A stretch of 64,000 nt of DNA from Candidatus Iainarchaeum sp. (GCA_017610205.1 JAFCCL010000006.1:58553-122552); one strand, 5' to 3'. Shown: positions 18,679-28,164, counted from the stretch's first letter. Translations and numbers: made by a program. Notes: generated from the letters alone by a model not told the origin.

Positions 18679-18717
18679 TAAACATTAAACACTTGCAACC
18701 GCTATAAGGGATACAAC
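18679..18717 (+). repeat. 39-bp direct repeat (copy 1) in the TA array
   Basis: taaacattaaacacttgcaaccgctataagggatacaac, 37/39 identical to 20172-20210. Confidence 0.85.
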
Positions 18718-18721
18718 AGTT

Positions 18722-18994
18722 TTAATCAACTTTAATGCCAAGCAATTCATAAATCATTTGCTTTATTTCTGGAGCCCTTTTATGGTTCAAGGAAACATGC
18801 AAACCATAGCCTGTAGGCTTTTTGAAAAGAAGATTTTCCTTGATTAATTCTTCAGCAGCCCTTTTCACCAAAAGATGCTCTCTTGGCTTGAAACCCTTCT
18901 TAAGGTTGTCAAAAGCAGTATGGGAATTACCCCAGTTTCTTCTCCTTGCCAGTTTGAAAAGAAGCTTTGTCTTAACTAGCTCAAGAGAGTCCAT
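18722..18994 (-). CDS. Small basic wHTH-like protein, putative toxin/partner of a divergent pair
   Basis: 90 aa, RRRNWGNSHT...KKPTGYGLHVSLN; divergent from the wHTH gene inside a repeat-bounded block. Confidence 0.55.
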   Translation of the reverse strand: MDSLELVKTKLLFKLARRRNWGNSHTAFDNLKKGFKPREHLLVKRAAEELIKENLLFKKPTGYGLHVSLNHKRAPEIKQMIYELLGIKVD

Positions 18995-19058
18995 TTGAAT
19001 AGACTTTGAAAGTATATTATTATAAACTTTGCTTTCAATAAGTTAATTGGCGAAAAAT

Positions 19059-19373
19059 ATGGAAGAAGAAACAAATTTGGTAAGATTTTTTGGAGACAAC
19101 CCTTTTGTGAGAATGCTAGACGCATTCATAGACAACATTGGCGGAGAGTACAGCAAAAAAGAAGTACAAGAACTTGCAGGAATAAGCAAGGGTGCCTTGT
19201 TTAAGCACTGGAAAAAGCTTGAAGAGCTTGACCTTGTCAGGATTACAAAGACCTTTGGAAACACAAAGCTTTTCACACTAAACAAGCAAAACCCCCTAGT
19301 AAAAGACATCCTTCGCTTTGAAGCAAGAATGATTGAAGAAACAACGCCAAAGTCAGTAAAAGCAGTTGCTTAA
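19059..19373 (+). CDS. Winged-helix DNA-binding protein (putative antitoxin)
   Basis: FGDNPFVRMLD...YSKKEVQELAGISKGALFKHWKKLEELDLV...TKLFTLN. Confidence 0.75.
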   Translation: MEEETNLVRFFGDNPFVRMLDAFIDNIGGEYSKKEVQELAGISKGALFKHWKKLEELDLVRITKTFGNTKLFTLNKQNPLVKDILRFEARMIEETTPKSVKAVA

Positions 19374-19516
19374 AGCCAAAATAACCCAAAACCTACTTTT
19401 CCAAGGTTTAAAAACTTAAAACAAGTAAAGGCTTTTAAACATTAAAAACTTACTTTTTGGGAAAGTATTACTTTTTACAATAGTAATATTTATATATAAG
19501 TTGCACCTATATTGTA

Positions 19517-19768
19517 TTGGTGATTTGTTTGGGCGAGAATGTTCTTGAAACCAGAATGACGAGCAAGGGCCAGGTCCTGATTTTAAAGGAAATAAGGGAA
19601 AGGCTTGGTTTGAGCAAAAGGCAGCAGTTCATTGAGAGAACCAAAGACAACAAGGTTATTTTGGAACCTGTGCCAAATCTAGTAGACCTTGGAGGAACCC
19701 TGAAAAGCATGGGCAAAAACAAAAGCATTAAACAGCTTATGAAAGAAGTAAAAGAAGGCTGGGATTAA
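19517..19768 (+). CDS. AbrB/MazE-type antitoxin
   Basis: TRMTSKGQVLILKEIRERLGL; start codon uncertain. Confidence 0.85.
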   Translation: MVICLGENVLETRMTSKGQVLILKEIRERLGLSKRQQFIERTKDNKVILEPVPNLVDLGGTLKSMGKNKSIKQLMKEVKEGWD

Positions 19769-19769
19769 G

Positions 19770-20156
19770 GTGCTTGTGCTAGATACCTACGCACTCTTCG
19801 AATGGCTTGTCTACCAAAACCAAAAATATAAGAAATACTTTGTAGAAATCAACGAAGAAGGCGCCCTCATCACCGAACTGGTTCTGATGGAATTCTACCA
19901 CAAGGTCCTGCACGGAAAAGGAAAAGAAGAGGCAAACCAGCTGTTCAACACCATAACAGCAAAAACAGAAACAATCAAGCTAAACAACGAAAGAATCAAA
20001 AAAACAGGCATAAAAAGAAGCCAAACACTAAAGCAAAAGAAAAAACTTTCCTACGCAGACTGTCTCAACCTTGTAATAGCAGAAGAATTCAACGCAAAAG
20101 TCCTGACAGGAGACAAAGAATTCAAAGGAATGCAAAACACGAAATTCGTGGAATGA
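19770..20156 (+). CDS. vapC: PIN-domain toxin (VapC)
   Basis: MLVLDTYALFE...LSYADC...VLTGDKEF. Confidence 0.88.
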   Translation: MLVLDTYALFEWLVYQNQKYKKYFVEINEEGALITELVLMEFYHKVLHGKGKEEANQLFNTITAKTETIKLNNERIKKTGIKRSQTLKQKKKLSYADCLNLVIAEEFNAKVLTGDKEFKGMQNTKFVE

Positions 20157-20171
20157 CAAACCACAGGGCAG

Positions 20172-20210
20172 TAAACATTAAACGCTTGCAACCACTATAA
20201 GGGATACAAC
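20172..20210 (+). repeat. 39-bp direct repeat (copy 2) in the TA array
   Basis: Second copy of 18679-18717. Confidence 0.85.
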
Positions 20211-20281
20211 CACTACTTTTCCACTACAAAAACAGGGGGCTTAAATAATGCTTGCCTCACAATTAATGTAGTGATTTTGTA

Positions 20282-20566
20282 GTGGAAGTTTTTTGGACAC
20301 AGCACGCATTGGAAAGATTTACTGAAAGGACCTTGCTTTATGGACTTTCAAGAACAGAGTTGGAGTTCGTAATCAAAAAGCAGGAAGTGAGAATTTCCAA
20401 AGGATTTGACAAAAAGTATAGAAAAGAATGCTTTGAAACAATTGGCATGGTTGCCAACAAGTTTTTCACTGTTCAAAAAGCTGAAGACAAAAAGAAAATA
20501 ATTGCGATTACCCTTTGGCAATCAAGCAAAAAGGAGGTTGAATTATGGTTTTCAAAACAAAAATAA
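20282..20566 (+). CDS. DUF4258/RelE-fold-like putative RNase toxin
   Basis: WTQHALERF at the N-terminus and IIAITLW at the C-terminus; overlaps the Zn-finger partner. Confidence 0.65.
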   Translation: MEVFWTQHALERFTERTLLYGLSRTELEFVIKKQEVRISKGFDKKYRKECFETIGMVANKFFTVQKAEDKKKIIAITLWQSSKKEVELWFSKQK

Positions 20567-20880
20567 AATGCCCAATTTGTGAGGGTGAAGCAAAACTGTC
20601 AAAAACAAGCCTGAAGATGTTCGGCGGCGTTGTTACACTAAAGGACAACCCAATCTATGAGTGCAGGAAATGCAAGGAAAAGTTCGCAACAGGCAAAACC
20701 GTTGACAAGACCGTGAAAAGAGCAAGAAAGGAATTCAGCTTTGCAAGAAAGCTTATTTCAACAGGCGGCTCTTTGGCAATTACAATCCCACCAGATCTGA
20801 CAAAATTCTACAAACTCAAAAAAGGGGAAGACATCCAGCTTATTCCGGCAGGCGAGCACTTGATGAAGGTTAAAGTGTAG
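20545..20880 (+). CDS. YgiT/MqsA-type Zn-ribbon plus AbrB-like antitoxin
   Basis: CPICEG...YECRKCKE, then RKLISTGGSLAITIPPD...LKKGEDI. Confidence 0.75.
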   Translation: MVFKTKIKCPICEGEAKLSKTSLKMFGGVVTLKDNPIYECRKCKEKFATGKTVDKTVKRARKEFSFARKLISTGGSLAITIPPDLTKFYKLKKGEDIQLIPAGEHLMKVKV

Positions 20881-21060
20881 GATAATATTAGATAAAAACC
20901 TACAGAATTAGCCTCAAAACAGCCTCAAATCCCCATTGTATATCCCATAACAACTATAAGTTTTTAAACATTTATATCCATCAATTTATTATACATTTAT
21001 TGAACGTAGATATCAATACCAAATTTTTAAAAACTAAAACAAACGGAGTGTGAGATATAA

Positions 21061-22704
21061 ATGGCTGAATCACAGCAACCAGTAGTATTTCTTCCAGAGG
21101 GAACAAAGAGAACAAGGGGAAGAGATGCACAGAGAATAAACATTTTGATTGCAAAAGCAGTTGCAAATGCAGTCAAGTCAACTTTGGGTCCAAAGGGAAT
21201 GGACAAAATGATTGTTGACGACCTCGGGGATGTAACAATTTCAAACGATGGTGCAACAATTTTGGACGAAATAAGCATAGAGCACCCTATTGGAAAGATT
21301 ATGGCAGAGGTTGCCAAAACACAGGATGATGCAGTAGGAGACGGAACAACAACTGCAGTTATTCTTGCAGGCGGTCTTTTGAAAGAAGCCGAAGGAATGC
21401 TTGACAACGATATCCATCCAAGCATTATTGTTAAGGGATATAGGATGGCGTCAAAAAAGGCAATAGAGTTTGCAAGAGATATCGCAGAGGAAATAAAATT
21501 TTCTGACAAAAAGGCATTGAAAAATATTGCAATGACTTCAATGACCGGCAAGGCAGCTGAATCAACAGAAGAATTGTCAGAAATTGTTGTAGAAGCCCTG
21601 TCAAAAATTGCAGACAGTGAAGAGGGCAAAATAGACATTGATATTGACAATGTAAAGGTTGAAAAAAAGCAGGGTGCATCACTTGCTGAAAGCAAACTAA
21701 TTGAAGGAATTGTAATAGACAAAGAAATAGTGCACAGCGGAATGCCAAAAAAGGCTGAAAATGCAAAAATTGCATTAATTGACGTAGCACTTGAAGTAAA
21801 AAGCACTGAAACAGATGCAAAGATTGAGATAACTTCGCCGGAGCAAATGCAGGCATTTCTTGACCAGGAAGAGGGAATGCTCAAAAACATGGTTGAAGCA
21901 ATCAAAAAGGCAGGCGCAAACGTTGTTGTATGCCAAAAGGGCATTGACGATTTGGCACAGCACTTCCTTGCAAAAGAAGGAATTCTTGCTGTTCGCAGAG
22001 TCAAAAAATCTGATATGGATGCACTTGTAAGAGCAACAGGCGGCAAGGTTGCAACAAGACTTGAAAGCCTTAACCTAAAAGATTTGGGAAATGCAAAGCT
22101 TGTGCAGGAAAGAAAGATTTCAGGCGACGCAATGGTCTTTATTGAAGGCTGCAAAAACCCAAAGAGTGTCTCGCTAATAATAAGAGGCGGTTCAGAGCAC
22201 GTAATTGATGAAGCCGAAAGAGCAGTGCACGACGCTTTGATGTCAACAGCCACGGCAATAAAAGACGGAAAAATTGTTGCAGGCGGCGGAAGCGCAGAAA
22301 TCGAAATTGCAATGCATCTAAGGGATTATGCAAAAAGCATTGGAGGCAGGGAACAACTTGCAATAGAAGGATTTGCAAACACAATGGAAGAAATTCCAAG
22401 AACCCTTGCTGAAACAGCTGGCATGAACCCATTGGATACAATTGTCGAGCTTAGAAGCAAGCACGCAAAAAATGAAGAAAAAAACATAGGAGTTGATGTC
22501 CTAAAAGCAAAGCTCTCAGACATGAAATCATTGAATGTCATAGAGCCATTGTCTGTAAAGACACAGGCAATAACATCAGGTGCAGAAGTTGCTGAAATGA
22601 TTCTCAGAATTGACGACATCATTGCAGGAACAAGCAAGAGCAAGATGGAAATGCCTCCAGGTGGAATGCCACCAGGAATGGGTGGCGGAATGGGAATGAT
22701 GTAA
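21061..22704 (+). CDS. ths: Thermosome subunit (group II chaperonin)
   Basis: TLGPKGMDKM, SNDGATIL, GDGTTT, GGGSAE, ILRIDD and a Gly/Met tail. Confidence 0.98.
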   Translation: MAESQQPVVFLPEGTKRTRGRDAQRINILIAKAVANAVKSTLGPKGMDKMIVDDLGDVTISNDGATILDEISIEHPIGKIMAEVAKTQDDAVGDGTTTAVILAGGLLKEAEGMLDNDIHPSIIVKGYRMASKKAIEFARDIAEEIKFSDKKALKNIAMTSMTGKAAESTEELSEIVVEALSKIADSEEGKIDIDIDNVKVEKKQGASLAESKLIEGIVIDKEIVHSGMPKKAENAKIALIDVALEVKSTETDAKIEITSPEQMQAFLDQEEGMLKNMVEAIKKAGANVVVCQKGIDDLAQHFLAKEGILAVRRVKKSDMDALVRATGGKVATRLESLNLKDLGNAKLVQERKISGDAMVFIEGCKNPKSVSLIIRGGSEHVIDEAERAVHDALMSTATAIKDGKIVAGGGSAEIEIAMHLRDYAKSIGGREQLAIEGFANTMEEIPRTLAETAGMNPLDTIVELRSKHAKNEEKNIGVDVLKAKLSDMKSLNVIEPLSVKTQAITSGAEVAEMILRIDDIIAGTSKSKMEMPPGGMPPGMGGGMGMM

Positions 22705-22737
22705 CGCTGAAAAAGCGTTACTTTCTTTTTTCTTTTT
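22701..22737 (+). terminator. Hairpin plus T-tract terminator
   Basis: gtaacgct-gaaaa-agcgttac followed by tttctttttt. Confidence 0.6.
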
Positions 22738-23248
22738 ATAATTTTTCCTTTTGTTTCAAATGTTCTTTGATAATTTCAAGAATTTTAAAATATTTTATTT
22801 CACACCCCATATCAGACAAAATATGAAATTCTAGGTCTATAATATGCGGCTTTTTAGTCCAGGTAGATATTATTTGTTTAACCATTAAAGTTGTTGAAGT
22901 GCCAATTGGGATAATGAAGTCCGACTTTAAGGCAAGGTGTTTGAATAAATCAGGAGTATTTCTGTAACCTATATGGTCTAACAGAATATTAACCTGAAGT
23001 GGGTTCTTTGATGCAATGTCTACAAATGATCTTTGTGCATCAGCTGAAGAACCAACACCATCAGCGCAGACAAATAACAGAGTCGTTTTTTTCCTGGTTG
23101 GCTTTTTAGCCCTGACAACATCTGGCATCTTTGAAGCCTCTTCACGCCTTAGCCTATTAAGCAAGGTCTTGCCAGCACCTGTAAGATAAAATTTTCCACT
23201 GATTTTGGAGGCAAGCCCTCTTCTAACTAGACCGATCTTTTTTTTCAT
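22736..23248 (-). CDS. Basic orphan protein with a PTS-IIB/LMW-PTP-like P-loop
   Basis: K/R-rich N-terminal half, then LLFVCADGVGSS...SDFIIP. Start taken at MKKKIG. Confidence 0.5.
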   Translation of the reverse strand: MKKKIGLVRRGLASKISGKFYLTGAGKTLLNRLRREEASKMPDVVRAKKPTRKKTTLLFVCADGVGSSADAQRSFVDIASKNPLQVNILLDHIGYRNTPDLFKHLALKSDFIIPIGTSTTLMVKQIISTWTKKPHIIDLEFHILSDMGCEIKYFKILEIIKEHLKQKEKL

Positions 23249-23329
23249 TTGTAACAAGAAAGTCACTCCGGTTAAAATTGTTTCTTTTGTGATTAATATT
23301 ATTAACCCTTTACACAACTTATTAATTGT

Positions 23330-23860
23330 ATGCAGGCAATTGCATTTACCGGACTGCCTCGTTCTGGAAAGGATACCGCTGCAGACTATCTTGTGAAAAA
23401 GCATGGTTTTAGCAAGGTTGTAATGAGTGACGAGAATGGCTTTGAGTTAAAAAAGCATGGTTTAAAGGATAACAAAATGGGTCGTTCAAGAATGGGAAAG
23501 GAACTTCGTGAAAAATTTGGATTGGACGTAATTGCAAGGCGTTCATTTGAAAGAGCCAAAAAAAGTGGCTTTGAAAGAGTTGTTTTTGTTGGAGTTAGGG
23601 GTGTTGAAGAAGTGAATTTTTTCAAAAAGGAAATTCCTGAATTTAAGCTTATAAAAATTGAATCGGTAAAAGGCAAAAGATTTGAGAGGAAAAGCAAAAT
23701 TGACGGCCAAAGCAAAGAACAGTTCTTTGAAAGAGAGGTCTGGGAAGAGGAAAAGTTTGGACTTGGCAAAGTTTTGAACGAAGCTAATTATACTATCGAA
23801 AATAATTCAACGATTGCCGAATTTCAAAAGGCAATAGACGAATTGATGCAAAACATTTAA
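23330..23860 (+). CDS. P-loop nucleoside monophosphate/dephospho-CoA kinase-like protein
   Basis: IAFTGLPRSGKDTAA...LREKFG...GVRGVEEV...ANYTIENN. Confidence 0.8.
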   Translation: MQAIAFTGLPRSGKDTAADYLVKKHGFSKVVMSDENGFELKKHGLKDNKMGRSRMGKELREKFGLDVIARRSFERAKKSGFERVVFVGVRGVEEVNFFKKEIPEFKLIKIESVKGKRFERKSKIDGQSKEQFFEREVWEEEKFGLGKVLNEANYTIENNSTIAEFQKAIDELMQNI

Positions 23861-23897
23861 AAACATCAAATGCTTTTTAGATTCAGGTGATTAGTAA

Positions 23898-24623
23898 ATG
23901 GTTGATTTAAACCTGACAATAAGCCAATTTCTTGACAGCTTATACCAAGCACTTGTTGTAAACATCTGGGACGAATTTGTAGAAGTCGTTCCAGGAATTG
24001 TTGCGGCAATAATCATTGTGCTTATTGGTTGGGTACTGGCAAGAATAATCAAGCAGATTGTAATCAAAATTCTGCAGAGCACAAAGGTTGACAAATGGAT
24101 TGATGAGCAAAACCTTACGGCTGCAATTGGAGGAAAAGAGGTTTCGGGATTGATTGGAAGCCTGACCAAATGGTATGTTATAGGAATCTTCCTTGCACAG
24201 GCGGTAGGATGGCTCAATCTTGACATTTTTACAATCTACCTTGAAAGAATTTTTGTGTTCTCTAACAGCAACCCAAGCCCGATATTTTTCTCGTTGCTTG
24301 GAGGCATTGTTGTAATGGTAGCAGGATTGCTGGTTGCACGCTACTTCAGGAACCTTATTGAAGCAACAACATTCAGGGTAAAGAAAGCATTAGGATTAAT
24401 TGCAGAAGGAATTGTCCTAATCTTTTCAGGAATGCTTGCTTTGACATTAGTTGTGGGACCGGAAATAGCAAATGTGCTAATACGCTTGATAGAGCTTTTC
24501 TTAACTCCGTTCATTCAAGCCTTTGCATGGGTGCTTGCAATAGTAGTAGGAATAAGCATTCTTGTAAACTCAAAAAATGAACTTAGGAAAATTTCTTTAG
24601 AGTTAAAAAAGTCAATCAAGTAA
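23898..24623 (+). CDS. TM-helix-repeat membrane protein (MscS/CmpX-like N-terminal repeats)
   Basis: VPGIVAAIIIVLIGWVLARII motif; several TMs. Confidence 0.75.
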   Translation: MVDLNLTISQFLDSLYQALVVNIWDEFVEVVPGIVAAIIIVLIGWVLARIIKQIVIKILQSTKVDKWIDEQNLTAAIGGKEVSGLIGSLTKWYVIGIFLAQAVGWLNLDIFTIYLERIFVFSNSNPSPIFFSLLGGIVVMVAGLLVARYFRNLIEATTFRVKKALGLIAEGIVLIFSGMLALTLVVGPEIANVLIRLIELFLTPFIQAFAWVLAIVVGISILVNSKNELRKISLELKKSIK

Positions 24624-24625
24624 AA

Positions 24626-24666
24626 AAAGGGGCTTTTAAAAACCCCTTTCTTTTTTTATTTTTTTT
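24626..24666 (+). terminator. Hairpin plus T-tract
   Basis: aaagggg...ccccttt followed by a long T run. Confidence 0.5.
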
Positions 24667-24739
24667 AAAGCTTTAAAACCCCCAAAAAGCAGGAATTAAA
24701 TAAATTATTAAACAAGTCCCCGTTTCTAATTTATTAGAA

Positions 24740-24828
24740 GTCACATCCTATTGTGCGAGTGATAACGAGCATATGGCATCGAGCGCCGTTAGGCGTGAAG
24801 ATGGCATTCGCACTCGCGGGGCGTGACC
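24740..24828 (+). ncRNA. Putative structured ncRNA/leader immediately 5' of tRNA-Ile
   Basis: GC-rich island with nested stems gtcac/gtgac, gcgagtg/cactcgc, catc/gatg and cgcc-gtta-ggcg. Confidence 0.45.
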
Positions 24829-24830
24829 GC

Positions 24831-24904
24831 GGGTCCGTAGCTTAGTCTGGCAGAGCATTGGTCTTATACACCAAGGGTCAGGGGTTCAAATCCTCTCGGA
24901 CCCA
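24831..24904 (+). tRNA. tRNA-Ile(UAU)
   Basis: Acceptor stem GGGTCCG/CGGACCC plus A; anticodon arm ttggt-ctTATac-accaa; T-loop GTTCAAAT. Confidence 0.9.
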
Positions 24905-25067
24905 ATTCAATTTTTTTTGGAGAGGTAAAAAAATACCCGTGAAAAAAAGCCATTAAAGAGGCTTTTACTGGTTTTATTGCCCAAATAAGGAATTTGTTTA
25001 AAAGGATTAATTAGTTAAAAATAATAAAAATGCGAATTTTTGTAAAGAAAGTAAAAAATGTGTTAAA

Positions 25068-27932
25068 ATGGCAAAAAAAAGGATTTTGGAACAATTTGAC
25101 CTCAAAAAAGAGGAAAGCGTAAGGCGTTTTTGGAAAAAGGACCAAATTCCTGAAAAGGCAAGAAAACAAAGCCAGAAGCAAAAAGAACCCTTTTATTTTA
25201 TGGACGGCCCGCCCTATGCAACCGGGCACATTCATATGGGAACTGCCTTAAACAAGGTTTTGAAAGATGTTGCAATGCGTTCCAAAAGAATGCAGGGATT
25301 TAATGTTTTTGACAGGCCAGGATACGACTGCCATGGGGTTCCAACAGAAAAAAAGGTTGAAGAAAAACTTGGCTTTAACAACAAACAGCAAATTGAAGAA
25401 TACGGAGTTGACAAATTTACAGAGCAATGCAGGCATTTTGCCACACAATTCATTGAAGTAATGAACAAAGAATTTGACAATATTGGAGTCTGGATGGATT
25501 GGAAAAACCCATACCTTACATTAGACGATGATTACATTGAAGCAATCTGGGGGTCTTTCAAAAAAGCCGATGAAAAAGGACTTCTTTACAAAGGGCTTTA
25601 CCCAGTGCACATTTGCCCACGCTGTGAAACAGTTGTTGCATTCAACGAAATTGAGTATACAAAACAAACAGATGAAAGCATTTACGTAAAATTTCCAGTA
25701 AAGGATGCAAAAGAAACATTTCTGGTAATTTGGACCACTACTCCCTGGACACTGCCTGGAAACACAGGCGTAATGGTAAACCCAAAATTCGATTACGCTT
25801 TTGTAAAACTAAGCAATGGCGAAACATGGATTGTTGCAGAAAAAAAAGTACAAAACTTAATGGATGCAATTGAAGCAGGCTATGCAATTGAAAAGATAGT
25901 AAAAGGAAAAGAACTTGAAGGAATGCAATACAAAAATCCATTGCAGAAAAAATTAAAATTGCCAGAACTTGAAAATGCTTACAGAGTTGTTATGAGCGAA
26001 AGATATGTCAACCTTGATGAAGGAACAGGACTAGTGCACTGCGCACCAGGACATGGCAAAGAAGATTACGAGGTTGGAAACAAAGCAGGACTGCCTGCAA
26101 TTTCACCGGTTAAATTAAACGGCTTGCTAAAAGAAGAAACAGGAAAATATGCAGGAAAGAAATGCAGAGTTGTTGACAAGGAAATTATTGAGGATTTGGA
26201 ATATGACAAAATGCTAGTGTACAAACACGAGCACACACATGATTACCCAGTGTGCTGGAGATGCAAAAGCCCTCTTTTAATGCTAAGCGTAAAACAATGG
26301 TTTTTGCAAATAAGAAGCATTCAGGAAAAAATGCTTTCATTAAACAAAGAAGTCAATTGGACACCGGCATGGATGAAGGACAGAATGCATAACTGGCTTG
26401 AAAGCATAAGCGACTGGCCTATTTCAAGAGCAAGATACTGGGGAACACCACTGCCAATATGGGTTTGTGACAAGTGTGAAAGCAAAAAAGTTATTGGAAA
26501 CAGAAAAGAACTCAGGCAATTAAGTGGTGTGAAAGAAATTGAAATGCACAAGCCAGGAATTGACAAAATTGAATTCGGATGCAGTTGCGGAGGAACAATG
26601 AAAAGGGTTCCGGAAATTCTAGACGTATGGTTTGATTCAGGAGTAAGCAGCTGGGCAGCATTGGGATTTCCAGAAAAAAAGGAATTGTTTGAAAAATTCT
26701 GGCCAGCCAATTTAAACCTTGAAGGAACAGACCAGTTTAGAGGATGGTGGAACTCGCAATTGATTCTTTCAACAATTTGCTTTGACAAGGCACCATTTGA
26801 AAACATTTTAGTGCATGGAATAGTACTGGACCTTCAAAAGAAAAAAATGTCAAAAAGTGTTGGCAACATTGTACAACCAAAGGAAATAATTGAAAAATAT
26901 AACAGAGACTACCTTCGCTATTATTTAGTAAGCACAAGCAAGGGAGAAGACTTTGCATTTTCATGGGATGCGTTTAAAGACATTCACAGATTCTTCAATG
27001 TATTATGGAACAGCTACAATTATGCCTTGCTTTACCTGGACATTGACCTTGAAAAGGCGGAAAAAATTGAATTAAAGGGACTGGAAGCAGAGGACAAATG
27101 GATAATAAGCAAGGTTGAAAGCTTGACCAAAGAAACCCTAAACGCTTACAACAATTTTACTTACTTTAAAGCAACAGCAGCAATAGAAGAATTTGTTTTA
27201 GAAGAATTAAGCAGAACCTACATCAAACTTGTAAGAAACAGGGAAGACAAGGAAAATGTAAACAAAACCCTGTCCTATGTTCTTGGCAAAATACTAAAAA
27301 TTATTGCACCAATCACCCCGCATATTGCAGAATACATTTACCAGGGATTTAAATCAGGCAAAATGCCTGAATCAATTCACCTGATTGAAATTCCACTGCC
27401 TGATGCAAAAAAGATTGACAAAAAGCTCGAAGCAGAATTTGAAAAAACAAAACAGGTTACACAGGCAGTGCTTTCATTAAGGGAAGAAAACAAGCTAAGG
27501 AGAAGATGGCCACTGCGTTCTCTTACAATAGTATCCAAAACAGGAAAAGAATTAAGTCACGTTAAAAAAGTTCTTGAAAGCAGCTGCAATGTGCAAAAAG
27601 TTTTGCTTGACAAAAAAAAGCCAAGAAAAGGAAAATACGCAGAAAAGGAAATAGAGGGCATTAAAGCATTTCTTGAAATTGACGCAGACCAGGAACTAAA
27701 AGAAATCTGGGAACTGCAGGAACTAAGAAGAAAAATACAGGATTTAAGAAAGCAGGCAAAGCTCATGCCAGGGCAAAAAGCAAAATTAAAAATTGCCTGC
27801 AGCAAGCCGGAATTTTTGGAAAAATTCAAAAAAGAAATTGAAACAGGAACAAACACAGAATTGGACCAGACAAAGAAAAAGCCCTCAGAAAAACTCCTTG
27901 AAAGGAAATTTGCACTACAGATTGTGAAGTGA
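25068..27932 (+). CDS. ileS: Isoleucine--tRNA ligase
   Basis: DGPPYATGHIHMGT, WTTTPWTLP, GTGLVHCAPGHG, DWPISRARYWGTP, DQFRGW, KMSKS. Confidence 0.97.
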   Translation: MAKKRILEQFDLKKEESVRRFWKKDQIPEKARKQSQKQKEPFYFMDGPPYATGHIHMGTALNKVLKDVAMRSKRMQGFNVFDRPGYDCHGVPTEKKVEEKLGFNNKQQIEEYGVDKFTEQCRHFATQFIEVMNKEFDNIGVWMDWKNPYLTLDDDYIEAIWGSFKKADEKGLLYKGLYPVHICPRCETVVAFNEIEYTKQTDESIYVKFPVKDAKETFLVIWTTTPWTLPGNTGVMVNPKFDYAFVKLSNGETWIVAEKKVQNLMDAIEAGYAIEKIVKGKELEGMQYKNPLQKKLKLPELENAYRVVMSERYVNLDEGTGLVHCAPGHGKEDYEVGNKAGLPAISPVKLNGLLKEETGKYAGKKCRVVDKEIIEDLEYDKMLVYKHEHTHDYPVCWRCKSPLLMLSVKQWFLQIRSIQEKMLSLNKEVNWTPAWMKDRMHNWLESISDWPISRARYWGTPLPIWVCDKCESKKVIGNRKELRQLSGVKEIEMHKPGIDKIEFGCSCGGTMKRVPEILDVWFDSGVSSWAALGFPEKKELFEKFWPANLNLEGTDQFRGWWNSQLILSTICFDKAPFENILVHGIVLDLQKKKMSKSVGNIVQPKEIIEKYNRDYLRYYLVSTSKGEDFAFSWDAFKDIHRFFNVLWNSYNYALLYLDIDLEKAEKIELKGLEAEDKWIISKVESLTKETLNAYNNFTYFKATAAIEEFVLEELSRTYIKLVRNREDKENVNKTLSYVLGKILKIIAPITPHIAEYIYQGFKSGKMPESIHLIEIPLPDAKKIDKKLEAEFEKTKQVTQAVLSLREENKLRRRWPLRSLTIVSKTGKELSHVKKVLESSCNVQKVLLDKKKPRKGKYAEKEIEGIKAFLEIDADQELKEIWELQELRRKIQDLRKQAKLMPGQKAKLKIACSKPEFLEKFKKEIETGTNTELDQTKKKPSEKLLERKFALQIVK

Positions 27933-27936
27933 ACAA

Positions 27937-28164
27937 ATGAAACTGCCAATTATTTCTTCAGCAAAGGCAATCAAAGCACTTGAAAAGATTGGCTTTAAAG
28001 AAAATCACCAAAAAGGAAGCCATATTGTTCTTAGAAAAACAACTTTTCCATTTGCAAGAATTGTTGTTCCAAAAAGAAAAGAATTGCCAAAAGGAACACT
28101 GCGTGCAATAATAAGGCAAGCTGGATTGAACAAAGAAGAATTTACAAAACTTCTTGGAAAATAG
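27937..28164 (+). CDS. hicA: HicA family toxin
   Basis: IKALEKIGF...QKGSHIVL...ELPKGTLRAIIRQAG. Confidence 0.9.
   Translation: MKLPIISSAKAIKALEKIGFKENHQKGSHIVLRKTTFPFARIVVPKRKELPKGTLRAIIRQAGLNKEEFTKLLGK

Noticed and set aside
21027-22253. 408-aa antisense ORF, and similar antisense ORFs over ileS, lysC, herA and the repeat protein
   Set aside because: These are shadow frames of well-supported genes, with no motifs.
24795-24830. Fluoride riboswitch-like GATGGCATTC word
   Set aside because: There is no downstream pseudoknot partner or P1 stem, and the tRNA follows directly.
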